The notes beneath the pieces are model-generated. The model saw only the letters and a list, made by a program, of their open reading frames with translations, had not been told where the DNA came from and made no database searches. A stretch of 64,000 bases of DNA. It comes from Antedon mediterranea (taxonomy: Eukaryota; Animalia; Echinodermata). A program made the position numbers and the translations under genes. Within the stretch, counting starts at the first letter, position 1; every line of letters begins with the position of its first letter. The stretch is taken from positions 10,354,001-10,418,000 of the forward strand of contig NC_092673.1 in the NCBI RefSeq assembly GCF_964355755.1, written 5' to 3'. Below are positions 50,601 to 63,516 of the stretch, piece by piece.

Positions 50601-53600
50601 AAGATATTGTGTGCACTTTGATGTTTTTGTGTGAAAAGTTTCATAGAAATGCACAAAATGGTCTAAAACGTCTCCAAATGCGATTTGAAGATATTTTGTG
50701 CACTTTGATGTTTTTGTGTGAAAAGTTTCATCGAAATGCACAAAATGGTCTAAAACGTCTCCAAATATGATATTAAGCTATTGTATGCACTTTGTTGTTT
50801 TTGTCTGAAAAGTTTTCACGAAATGCACAAAATGGTCTAAAACGTCTCTAAATGCGATTTGAAGTTATTTTGTGCACTTTGATGTTTTGTGTGAAAAGTT
50901 TTATCGAAATGCTCAAAATGGTCTAAAACGTCTCCAAATGCGATTTGAAGCAATTTTGTGCACTTTGATGTTTTTGTGTGAAAAGTTTCATCGAAATGGA
51001 CAAAATGTTCTAAAACGTCTCCAAATACGATATTAAGCTATTGTATGTATTTTGATGTTTTTGTGTGAAAAGTTTTATCGAAATGCACAAAATGGTCTAA
51101 AACGTCTGCAAATGCGATTTGAAGCTATTTTGTGCACTTTGATGTTTTGTGTAATCCAGTTTCATCGAAATGTACAAAATTGTCTAAAACCTCTCAAAAT
51201 GCGATTTGAAGCTATTTTGTGCACTTTGATGTTTTTGTGTGAAAAGTTTCATCGAAATGCACAAAATTGTCTAAAACGTCTCCAAATACGATATTAAGCT
51301 ATTGTATGCACTTTGATGTTTTTGTGTGAAAAGTTTTTTCGAAATGCACAAATTGGTCTAAAACGTTTCAAAATACGATAATAAGCTTTTGTATGCACAT
51401 TGATGTTTTTGTGTGAAAAGTTTCACCAAAATGCACAAAATGGTCTAAAACATCTCCAAATGCGATTTGAAGCTATTTTGTGCACTTTGATGTTTTGTGT
51501 AATGAAACGCACAAAATGGTCTAAAACGTCTCCAAATGCGATTTGAAGCTATATTGTGCACTTTGATGTTTTGTGTGAAAAGTTTAACCAAAATGCACAA
51601 AATGGTCTAAAACGTCTCCAAATCCGTTTTGAAGCTAATCTAAGCACTTTGATGTTTTTATGTTAACAAGTTTTTTCGAAATGCACAAAATGGTCTAAAA
51701 CGTCTCCAAATACGAGTTGAAGCTCTTTTGTGCACTTTGATGTTTTGTGTAAAAAGTTTTATAGAAATGCACAAAATGGTCTAAAACGGTTTCAAATGTG
51801 ATTTTAAGCACTTTGATATTTTTGTTTAACCAAGTTTCATCGAAATGCACAAAATGGTCTAAAACGTCTCCAAATGCGATTTGAAGCTATTTTGTGAACT
51901 TTGTTGTTTTGTGTGAAACGTTTCATCGAAATGCACAAAATGGTCTAAAACGTCTCCAAATGCGATTTGAAGATATTGTGTGCACTTTGATGTTTTTGTG
52001 TGAAAAGTTTCATAGAAATGCACAAAATGGTCTAAAACGTCTCCAAATGCGATTTGAAGATATTTTGTGCACTTTGATGTTTTTGTGTAAAAAGTTTCAT
52101 TGAAATGCACAAAATGGTCTAAAACGTCTCCAAATATGATATTAAGCTATTTTGTGCACTTTCATGTTTTGTGTGAAAAGTTTTATCGAAATGCTCAAAA
52201 TGGTCTAAAACGGTTTCAAATGTGATTTTAAGCACTTTGATGTTTTTGTGTAATCAAGTTTCATCGAAATGCACAAAATGGTCTAAAACGTCTGAAAATG
52301 CGATTTGAAGCTATTTTGTGCACTTTCATGTTTTGTGTGAAAAGTTTTATCGAAATGCTCAAAATGGTCTAAAACGGTTTCAAATGTGATTTTAAGCACT
52401 TTGATATTTTTGTGTAATCAAGTTTAAAACGTCTGCAAATGCGATTTGAAGCTATTTTGTGCACTTTCATGTTTTGTGTGACAAGTTTTTTCGAAATGCA
52501 CAAAATGGTCTAAAACGTCTCCAAATACGATTTGAAGCTCTTTTGTGCACTTTGATGTTTTGTGTAAAAAGTTTTATAGAAATGCACAAAATGGTCAAAT
52601 GTGATTTTAAGCACTTTGATATTTTTGTTTAACCAAGTTTCATCGAAATGCACAAAATGGTCTAAAACGTCTCCAAATGCGATTTGAAGCTATATTGTGC
52701 ACTTTGTTGTTTTGTGTGAAACGTTTCATCGAAATGCACAAAATGGTCTAAAACGTCTCCAAATGCGATTTGAAGATATTGTGTGCACTTTGATGTTTTT
52801 GTGTGAAAAGTTTCATAGAAATGCACAAAATTGTCTAAAACGTCTCTAAATGCGATTTGAAGTTATTTTGTGCACTTTGATGTTTTTGTGTGAAAAGTTT
52901 CATCGAAATGCAGAAAATGGTCTAAAACGTCTCCAAATATGATATTAAGCTATTGTATGCACTTTGTTGTTTTTGTCTGAAAAGTTTTAACGAAATGCAC
53001 AAAATGGTCTAAAACGTCTCTAAATGCGATTTGAAGTTATTTTGTGCACTTTGATGTTTTGTGTGAAAAGTTTTATAGAAATGCACAAAATGGTCTAAAA
53101 CGGTTTCAAATGTGATTTTAAGCACTTTGATATTTTTGTTTAACCAAGTTTCATCGAAATGCACAAAATGGTCTAAAACGTCTCCAAATGCGATTTGAAG
53201 CTATTTTGTGCAGTTTGTTGTTTTGTGTGAAAAGTTTCATCGAAATGCACAAAATGGTCTAAAACGTCTCCAAATACGATATTAAGCTATTGTTGTTTTT
53301 GTGTGAAAAGTTTTTTCGAAATACACAAAATGGTCTAAAACGTCTCCAAATGCGATTTGGAGATCTTTTGTGTACTTTGATGTTTTGTGTGAAAAGTTTT
53401 ATAGAAATGCTCGAAATGGTCTAAAACGGTTTCAAATGTGATTTTAAGCACTTTGATGTTTTTGTGTAACCAAGTTTCATCGAAATGCACAAAAAAATCT
53501 AAAACGTCTCCAAATGCTATTTGAAGCTATTTTGTGCACTTTCAAGTTTTGTGTGAAAAGTTTTATCGAAATGCTCAAAATGGTCTAAAACGGTTTCAAG

Positions 53601-56600
53601 TGTGATTTTAAGCACTTTGATATTTTTGTGTAATCAAGTTTAAAACGTCTGCAAATGCGATTTGAAGCTATTTTGTGCACTTTCATGTTTTGTGTGACAA
53701 GTTTTTTCGAAATGCACAAAATGGTCTAAAACGTCTCCAAATACGATTTGAAGCTCTTTTGTGCACTTTGATGTTTTGTGTAAAAAGTTTTATAGAAATG
53801 CACAAAATGGTCAAATGTGATTTTAAGCACTTTGATATTTTTGTTTAACCAAGTTTCATCGAAATGCACAAAATGGTCTAAAACGTCTCCAAATGCGATT
53901 TGAAGCTATATTGTGCACTTTGTTGTTTTGTGTGAAACGTTTCATCGAAATGCACAAAATGGTCTAAAACGTCTCCAAATGCGATTTGAAGATATTGTGT
54001 GCACTTTGATGTTTTTGTGTGAAAAGTTTCATAGAAATGCACAAAATTGTCTAAAACGTCTCTAAATGCGATTTGAAGTTATTTTGTGCACTTTGATGTT
54101 TTTGTGTGAAAAGTTTCATCGAAATGCAGAAAATGGTCTAAAACGTCTCCAAATATGATATTAAGCTATTGTATGCACTTTGTTGTTTTTGTCTGAAAAG
54201 TTTTCACGAAATGCACAAAATGGTCTAAAACGTCTCTAAATGCGATTTGAAGTTATTTTGTGCACTTTGATGTTTTGTGTGAAAAGTTTTATAGAAATGC
54301 ACAAAATGGTCTAAAACGGTTTCAAATGTGATTTTAAGCACTTTGATATTTTTGTTTAACCAAGTTTCATCGAAATGCACAAAATGGTCTAAAACGTCTC
54401 CAAATGCGATTTGAAGCTATTTTGTGCAGTTTGTTGTTTTGTGTGAAAAGTTTCATCGAAATGCACAAAATGGTCTAAAACGTCTCCAAATACGATATTA
54501 AGCTATTGTTGTTTTTGTGTGAAAAGTTTTTTCGAAATACACAAAATGGTCTAAAACGTCTCCAAATGCGATTTGGAGATCTTTTGTGTACTTTGATGTT
54601 TTGTGTGAAAAGTTTTATAGAAATGCTCGAAATGGTCTAAAACGGTTTCAAATGTGATTTTAAGCACTTTGATGTTTTTGTGTAACCAAGTTTCATCGAA
54701 ATGCACAAAAAAATCTAAAACGTCTCCAAATGCTATTTAAAGCTATTTTGTGCACTTTAATGTTTTGTGTGAAAAGTTTTATCGAAATGCTCAAAATGGT
54801 CTAAAACTGTTTCAAATGTGATTTTAAGCACTTTGATGTTTTTGTGTAATCAAGTTTCATCGAAATGCACAAAATGGTTTAAAACGTCTGCAAATGCGAT
54901 TTGAAGCCATTTTGTGCACTTTGATGTTTTGTGTAATCCAGTTTCATCGAAATGTACAAAATTGTCTAAAACCTCTCAAAATGCGATTTGAAGCTATTTT
55001 GTGCACTTTGATGTTTTTGTGTGAAAAGTTTTTTCGAAATGCACAAAATTGTCTAAAACGGTTTCAAATGTGATTTTAAGCACTTTGATATTTTTGTGTA
55101 ATCAAGTTTTTTCGAAATGCACAACATGGTCTAAAACGTCTCCAAATGCGATTTGAAGCTATTTTGTGCACTTTAATGTTTTTTGTGAAAAGTTTCATCG
55201 AAACGCACAAAATTGTCTTAAACGTCTCCAAATACGATATTAAGCTATTGTATGCACTTTGTTGTTTTTGTGTGAAAAGTTTCATCGAAATGCTCAAAAT
55301 GGTCTAAAACCTCTCCAAATGCGATTTGAAGCTATTTTGTGCACTTTGATGTTTTTGTGTGAAAAGTTTCATCGAAATGCACAAAATGGTCTAAAACGTC
55401 TCTAAATGCGATTTGAAGCTATTTTGTGCACTTTGTTGTTTTTTGTGACAAGTTTCATCGAAACGCACAGAATTGTCTAAAACGTCTCCAAATACGATAA
55501 AGCTATTGTATGCACTTTGTTGTTTTTTTGTGAAAAGTTTCATCGAAATGCTCAAAATGGTCTAAAACGTCTCCAAATGCGATTTGAAGCTATTTTGTGC
55601 ACTTTGAGTTTTTTGTGTTAAAAGTTTCATCGAAATGCACAAAATGGTCTAAAACGTCTCTAAATGCGATTTGAAGCTATTTTGTGCACATTGATGTTTT
55701 TGTGTGAAAAGTTTGATCGAAATGCACAAAATGGTCTAAAACGTCTGCAAATGCGATTTGAAGCTATTTTGTGCACTTTGATGTTTTGTGTAATCCAGTT
55801 TCATCGAAATGTACAAAATTGTCTAAAACCTCTCAAAATGCGATTTGAAGCTATTTTGTGCACTTTGATGTTTTTGTGTGAAAAGTTTCATCGAAATGCA
55901 CAAAATTGTCTAAAACGTCTCCAAATACGATATTAAGCTATTGTATGCACTTTGATGTTTTTGTGTGAAAGTTTTTTCGAAATGCACAAAATGGTCTAAA
56001 ACGTCTCCAAATGCGCTTTGGAGCTCTTTTGTGCACTTTGATGTTTTGTGTAAAAAGTTTTATAGAAATGCTCGAAATGGTCTAAAACGTTTTCAAATGT
56101 GATTTTAAGCACTTTAATGTTTTGTGTGAAAAGTTTTATCGAAATGCTCAAAATGGTCTAAAACGGTTTCAAATGTGATTTTAAGCACTTTGATATTTTT
56201 GTGTAATCAAGTTTTTTGGAAATGCACAACATGGTCTAAAACGTCTCCAAATGCGATTTGAAGCTATTTTGTGCACTTTGATGTTTTGTGTAATGAAACG
56301 CACAAAATGGTCTAAAACGTCTCCAAATGCGATTTGAAGCTATTTTGTGCACTTTGTTGTTTTGTGTGAAAATTTTCATCGAAATGCACAAAATTGTCTA
56401 AAACGTCTCCAAATACGATTTGAAGCTATTTTGTTCACTTTGATGTTTTTGTGTGAAAAGTTTCATCGAAATGCACAAAATGGTCTAAAACGTCTCTCAA
56501 TGCGATTTGAAGCTATTTTGTGCACATTGATGTTTTTGTGTGAAAAGTTTCATCGAAATGGACAAAATGTTCTAAAACGTCTCCAAATACGATATTAAGC

Positions 56601-59600
56601 TATTGTATGTATTTTGATGTTTTTGTGTAAAAAGTTTTATCGAAATGCACAAAATGGTCTAAAACGTCTGCAAATGCGATTTGAAGCTATTTTGTGCACT
56701 TTGATGTTTTGTGTAATCCAGTTTCATCGAAATGTACAAAATTGTCTAAAACCTCTCAAAATGCGATTTGAAGCTATTTTGTGCACTTTGATGTTTTTGT
56801 GTGAAAAGTTTCATCGAAATGCACAAAATTGTCTAAAACGTCTCCAAATACGATATTAAGCTATTGTATACACTTTGATGTTTTTGTGTGAAAAGTTTTT
56901 TCGAAATGCACAAATTGGTCTAAAACGTTTCAAAATACGATAATAAGCTTTTGTATGCACATTGATGTTTTTGTGTGAAAAGTTTCACCAAAATGAACAA
57001 AATGGTCTAAAACGTCTCCAAATGCGATTTGAAGCTATTTTGTGCACTTTGATGTTTTGTGTAATGAAACGCACAAAATGGTCTAAAACGTCTCCAAATG
57101 CGATTTGAAGCTATATTGTGCACTTTGATGTTTTGTGTGAAAAGTTTAACCAAAATGCACAAAATGGTCTAAAACGTCTCCATATCCGTTTTGAAGCTAA
57201 TCTAAGCACTTTGATGTTTTTATGTTAACAAGATTTTTCGAAATGCACAAAATGGTCTAAAACGTCTCCAAATACGATTTGAAGCTCTTTTGTGCACTTT
57301 GATGTTTTGTGTAAAAAGTTTTATAGAAATGCACAAAATGGTCTAAAACGGTTTCAAATGTGATTTTAAGCACTTTGATATTTTTGTTTAACCAAGTTTC
57401 ATCGAAATGCACAAAATGGTCTAAAACGTCTCCAAATGCGATTTGAAGCTATTTTGTGCACTTTGTTGTTTTGTGTGAAAATTTTCATCGAAATGCACAA
57501 AATTGTCTAAAACGTCTCCAAATACGATTTGAAGCTATTTTGTTCACTTTGATGTTTTTGTGTGAAAAGTTTCATCGAAATGCACAAAATGGTCTAAAAC
57601 GTCTCTCAATGCGATTTGAAGCTATTTTGTGCACATTGATGTTTTTGTGTGAAAAGTTTCATCGAAATGGACAAAATGTTCTAAAACGTCTCCAAATACG
57701 ATATTAAGCTATTGTATGTATTTTGATGTTTTTGTGTGAAAAGTTTTATCGAAATGCACAAAATGGTCTAAAACGTCTGCAAATGCGATTTGAAGCTATT
57801 TTGTGCACTTTGATGTTTTGTGTAATCCAGTTTCATCGAAATGTACAAAATTGTCTAAAACCTCTCAAAATGCGATTTGAAGCTATTTTGTGCACTTTGA
57901 TGTTTTTGTGTGAAAAGTTTCATCGAAATGCACAAAATTGTCTAAAACGTCTCCAAATACGATTTGAAGCTATATTGTGCACTTTGATGTTTTTTGTGAA
58001 AAGTTTAACCAAAATGCACAAAATGGTCTAAAACGTCTCCAAATCCGTTTTGAAGCTAATCTAAGCACTTTGATGTTTTTATGTTAACAAGTTTTTTCGA
58101 AATGCACAAAATGGTCTAAAACGTCTCCAAATACGATTTGAAGCTCTTTTGTGCACTTTGATGTTTTGTGTAAAAAGTTTTATAGAAATGCACAAAATGG
58201 TCTAAAACGGTTTCAAATGTGATTTTAAGCACTTTGATATTTTTGTTTAACCAAGTTTCATCGAAATGCACAAAATGGTCTAAAACGTCTCCAAATGCGA
58301 TTTGAAGCTATTTTGTGCACTTTGTTGTTTTGTGTGAAACGTTTCATCGAAATGCACAAAATGGTCTAAAACGTCTCCAAATGCGATTTGAAGATATTGT
58401 GTGCACTTTGATGTTTTTGTGTGAAAAGTTTCATAGAAATGCACAAAATGGTCTAAAACGTCTCCAAATGCGATTTGAAGATATTTTGTGCACTTTGATG
58501 TTTTTGTGTGAAAAGTTTCATCGAAATGCTCAAAATGGTCTAAAACGGTTTCAAATGTGATTTTAAGCAATTTGATGTTTTTGTGTAATCAAGTTTCATC
58601 GAAATGCACAAAATGGTCTAAAACGTCTGCAAATGCGATTTGAAGCTATTTTGTGCACTTTCATGTTTTGTGTGAAAAGTTTTATCGAAATGCTCAAAAT
58701 GGTCTAAAACGGTTTCAAATGTGATTTTAAGCACTTTGATGTTTTTGTGTAATCAAGTTTCATCGAAATGCACAAAATGGTCTAAAACGTCTGAAAATGC
58801 GATTTGAAGCTATTTTGTGCACTTTCATGTTTTGTGTGAAAAGTTTTATCGAAATGCTCAAAATGGTCTAAAACGGTTTCAAATGTGATTTTAAGCACTT
58901 TGATATTTTTGTGTAATCAAGTTTAAAACGTCTGCAAATGCGATTTGAAGCTATTTTGTGCACTTTCATGTTTTGTGTGACAAGTTTTTTCGAAATGCAC
59001 AAAATGGTCTAAAACGTCTCCAAATGCGATTTGAAGTTATTTTGTGCACTTTGATGTTTTGTGTGAAAAGTTTTATCGAAATGCTCAAAATGGTCTAAAA
59101 CGGTTTCCAATGTGATTTTAAGGAATTTGATGTTTTTGTGTAATCAAGTTTCATCGAAATGCACAAAATGGTCTAAAACGTCTGCAAATGCGATTTGAAG
59201 CTATTTTGTGCACTTTCATGTTTTGTGTGAAAAGTTTTATCGAAATGCTCAAAATGGTCTAAAACGGTTTCAAATGTGATTTTAAGCACTTTGATGTTTT
59301 TGTGTAATCAAGTTTCATCGAAATGCACAAAATGGTCTAAAACGTCTGAAAATGCGATTTGAAGCTATTTTGTGCACTTTCATGTTTTGTGTGAAAAGTT
59401 TTATCGAAATGCTCAAAATGGTCTAAAACGGTTTCAAATGTGATTTTAAGCACTTTGATATTTTTGTGTAATCAAGTTTCATCGAAATGCACAAAATTGT
59501 CTAAAACGTCTGCAAATGCGATTTGAAGCTATTTTGTGCACTTTGATGGTTTTGTGTAAAAAGTTTCATCGAAATGCACAAAATTGTCTAAAACGTCTGC

Positions 59601-62458
59601 AAATGCGATTTGAAGCTATTTTGTGCACTTTGATGTTTTTGTGTGAAAAGTTTCATCGAAATGCACAAAATGGTCTAAAACGTCTCCAAATGCGATTTGG
59701 AGCTCTTTTGTGCACTTTGATGTTTTGTGTCAAAAGTTTTATCGAAATGCTCAAAATGGTCTAAAACGGTTTCAAATGTGATTTTAAGCACTTTGATGTT
59801 TTTGTGTAATCAAGTTTCATCGAAATGCACAAAATGGTCTAAAACGGCTGCAAATGCGATTTGAAGCTATTTTGTGCACTTTGATGTTTTGTGTAATCCA
59901 GTTTCATCGAAATGTACAAAATTGTCTAAAACCTCTCAAAACGCGATTTGAAGCACTTTGATGTTTTTGTGTGAAAAGTTTCATCGAAATGCACAAAATT
60001 TTCTAAAACGTCTCCAAATACGACATTAAGCTATTGTATGCACTTTGTTGTTTTTGAGTGAAAAGTTTTTTAGAAATGCACAAAATGGTCTAAAACGTCT
60101 CCGAATGCGATTTGGAGCTCTTTTGTGCACTTTGATGTTTTGTGTAAAAAGTTTGCTATTTTGTGCACTTTAATGTTTTGTGTGAAAAGTTTTATTGAAA
60201 TGCTCAAAATTGTCTAAAACGGTTTCAAATGTGATTTTAAGCACTTTGATATTTTTGTGTAATCAAGTTTTTTCGAAATGCACAACATGGTCTAAAACGT
60301 CTCCGATTGCGATTTGAAGCTCTTTTGTGCACTTTCATGTTTTGTGTCAAAAGTTTTATAGAAATGCTCGAAATGGTATAAAACGGTTTCAAATGTGATT
60401 TTAAGCACTTTGATGTTTTTGTGTAACCAAGTTTCATCGAAATGCACAAAAAAATCTAAAACGTCTCCAAATGCGATTTAAAGCTATTTTGTGCACTTCA
60501 ATGTTTTGTGTGAAAAGTTTTATCGAAATGCTCAAAATGGTCTAAAACAGTTTCAAATGTGATTTTAAGCACTTTGATATTTTTGTGTAATCAAGTTTTT
60601 TCAAAATGCACAACATGGTCTAAAACGTCTCCGATTGCGATTTGAAGCTATTTTGTGCACTTTGATGTTTTGTGTAATGAAACGCACAAAATGGTCTAAA
60701 ACGTCTCCAAATGCGATTTGAAGCTATTTTGTGCACTTTGTTGTTTTGTGTGAAAAGTTTCATCAAAATGCACAAAATTGTCTAAAACGTCTCCTAATAC
60801 GATATTAAGCTATTGTATGCACTTTTTTTGTTTTTGTGTGAAAAGTTTCATCGAAATGCTCAAAATGGTCTAAAACGTCTCCGATTGCGATTTGAAGCTA
60901 TTTTGTGCACTTTGATGTTTTTGTGTGAAAAGTTTCATCGAAATTCACAAAATGGTCTAAAACGTCTCTAAATGCAATTTGAAGCTATTTTGTGTACATT
61001 GATGTTTTTGTGTGAAAAGTTTGATCGAAATGCACAAAATGGTCTAAAACGTCTCCAAATACGATTTGAAGCTATTTTGTGCACTTTGATGTTTTGTTTG
61101 AAAAGTTTTATCGAAATGCATAAAATGTTCTAAAACGTCTCCAAATACGATATTAAGCTATTGTATGTATTTTGATGTTTTTGTGTGAAAAGTTTTATCG
61201 AAATGCTCAAAATGGTCTAAAACGGTCTCAAATGTGATTTTAAGCACTTCTATACTTTTGTGTAATCAAGTTTCATCGAAATGCACAAAATGGTCTAAAA
61301 CGTCTCCAAATGCGATTTGATACTATTTTGTGCACTTTAATGTTTTGTGTGAAAAGTTTTATCGAAATGCTCAAAATGGTCTAAAACGGTTTCAAATGTG
61401 ATTTTAAGCACTTTGATATTTTTGTGTAATCAAGTTTCATCGAAATGCACAAAATGGTCTAAAACGTCTCCAAATGCGATTTGATGCTATTTTGTGCACT
61501 TTAAAGTTTTGTGTGAAAAGTTTTATCGAAATGCTCAAAATGGTCTAAAACGGTTTCAAATGTGATTTTAAGCTATTTTGTGCACTTTGATGTTTTGTGT
61601 AATGAAACGCACAAAATGGTCTAAAACGTCTCCAAATGCGATTTGAAGCTATTTTGTGCACTTTGTTGTTTTGTGTGAAAAGTTTCATCGAAATGCACAA
61701 AATTGTCTAAAACGTCTCCAAATACGATATTAAGCTGTTGTATGCACTTTGTTTTTTTGTGAGAAAATTTTCATCGAAATGCTCAAAATGGTCTAAAACG
61801 TCTCCAAATGCGATTTAAAGCTATTTAGTGCACTTTGATGTTTTTGTGTGAAAAGTTTCATCGAATTGCACAAAATGGTCTAAAACGTCTACAAATACGA
61901 TATTAAGCTATTGTATGCACATGTTTTTGTGTGAAAAGTTTCATCGAAATGCACAAAATGGTCTAAAACGCCTCCAAATGCGATTTGAAGCTATTTTGTG
62001 CACTTTGATGTTTTGTGTTAAAAGTTTCATCGAAATGCACAAAATGGTCTAAAACGCCTCCAAATCCGTTTTGAAGCTATTCTAAGCACTTTGGTGTTTT
62101 TATGTTAACAAGTTTTTTCGAAATGCTCAAAATGTTCTAAAACGGTTTCAAATGTGATTTTAAGCACTTTGATGTTTTTATGTAATCAAGTTTCATCGAA
62201 ATGCACAAAATGGTCTAAAACGTTTTTTGTTAAAAGTTTTATAGAATTGCTCAAAATGGTCTAAAACGGTTTCAGATGTGATTTTAAGCACTTTGATGTT
62301 TTTTTGTAACCAAGTTTCATCGAAATGCACAAAATGGTCTAAAACGTTCTCCAAATGCGATTTGAAGCTATTTTGTGCACTTTGATGTTTTTGTGTGAAA
62401 AGTTTCATAGAAATGCACACAATGGTCTAAAACGTCTCCAAATCCGTTTTGAAGCTAT
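41650..62458 (-). repeat. 87 bp satellite, right arm segment 3 (inverted)
   Basis: Continuous reverse-complement monomers up to ...AAATCCGTTTTGAAGCTAT. Confidence 0.97.
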
Positions 62459-62763
62459 TAGATCAGCGAGAGAGAGATAGATCAGCGAGAGAGAGAGAGA
62501 TAGATCAGCGAGAGAGAGATAGATCAGCGAGAGAGAGATAGATCAGCGAGAGAGAGAGATAGATCAGCGAGAGAGAGAGAGATAGATCAGCAAGAGAGAG
62601 AGATAGATCAGCGAGAGAGAGATAGATCAGCGAGAGAGAGATAGATCAGCGAGAGAGAGATAGATCAGCGAGAGAGAGATAGCTCAGCGAGAGAGAGAGA
62701 TAGATCAGCGAGAGAGAGATAGATCAGCGAGAGAGATAGATCAGCAAGAGAGAGAGATAGATC
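62459..62763 (-). repeat. Reverse-complement copy of the (GCTGATCTA(TC)n) minisatellite; right arm of the fold-back
   Basis: (TAGATCAGCGAGAGAGAGA)n, about 15 units. Confidence 0.97.
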
Positions 62764-62996
62764 GAAGAAATTTGGTTAATGCAATCTAGGAACAATGAAG
62801 CGCAACCAGTACGCTACTTGAAAGATATCTCTTAGTGCCACGGGCGGCGTTTGAAACCCCTGGGGACATGCGTTGAACACCCATAGTCGGCGTTAGACAC
62901 CAATCGTACCTTCTGTGTTTGTGGGCGATAATCACTAACTTCTGCTTTTGGAAATATTAATTAAAAACTGATTAATTAATCAAAATTACGTTGTTT

Positions 62997-63516
62997 GTTA
63001 CAGAATGAATTTCGTCTACACAGAATGAATTTTGTCAACACAAAATTAATTTTGTATTGACAAAATTCATTTTGTGTTGACAAAAATTTATTCTGTGTGG
63101 ACAAAATTAATTTTGTCTTGACAAAATTCATTTTGTCTCGACAAAATTAATTCTGTGTAAACAAAATTCATTCTTTGTATGCAAAATTAATTCTGTGTTG
63201 ACAAAATTCATTCTGTGTAGACAAAATTCATTCTGTAACGACAAAATTCATTTTGTGGCGACAAAATTCATTCTGTAACGACAAAATTCATTTTGTGTAG
63301 ACAAAATTAATTCTGTGTAGACAAAATTAATTCTGTGTGGACAAAATTCATTTTGTGGCGACAAAATGTATTCTGTGTAGACAACATTTATTCTGTGTAG
63401 ACAAAATTCATTCTGTGTAGACAAAATTCATTCTGTGTAGACAAAATTTATTCTGTGTAGACAAAATTCGTTTTGTTGCAACAAAATTCGTTTAGTCGCG
63501 ACAAAATGAATTTTGT
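62997..63516. repeat. 20 bp quasi-palindromic tandem repeat (ACAAAATTCATTCTGTGTAG)n with internal orientation switch
   Basis: About 25 units. The first two are reverse-oriented (CTACACAGAATGAATTTTGT), switching at the palindrome ACAAAATTAATTTTGT (63040-63055). Confidence 0.9.

Larger units (their letters stand above)
1..62844. mobile_element. Putative giant fold-back (non-autonomous TIR) element with satellite-expanded arms; left end outside window, right end tentative
   Basis: Mirror-image minisatellite/satellite junctions at 1150/1151 and 62458/62459, a single symmetry centre, and shared diagnostic variants near both outer ends. Transposon origin and the right boundary are inferred. Confidence 0.55.

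Noticed and set aside
1212-62420. Dozens of short ORFs with repeating MRFEAILCTLMF.../HFDETFHTK... peptides
   Set aside because: Translations of the 87 bp (29-codon) satellite monomer in all frames; no coding signal.
1151-62458. CRISPR-like array (palindromic repeats at regular spacing)
   Set aside because: No unique spacers, the whole unit is repeated, there are no cas genes, and the context is eukaryotic retroelements.
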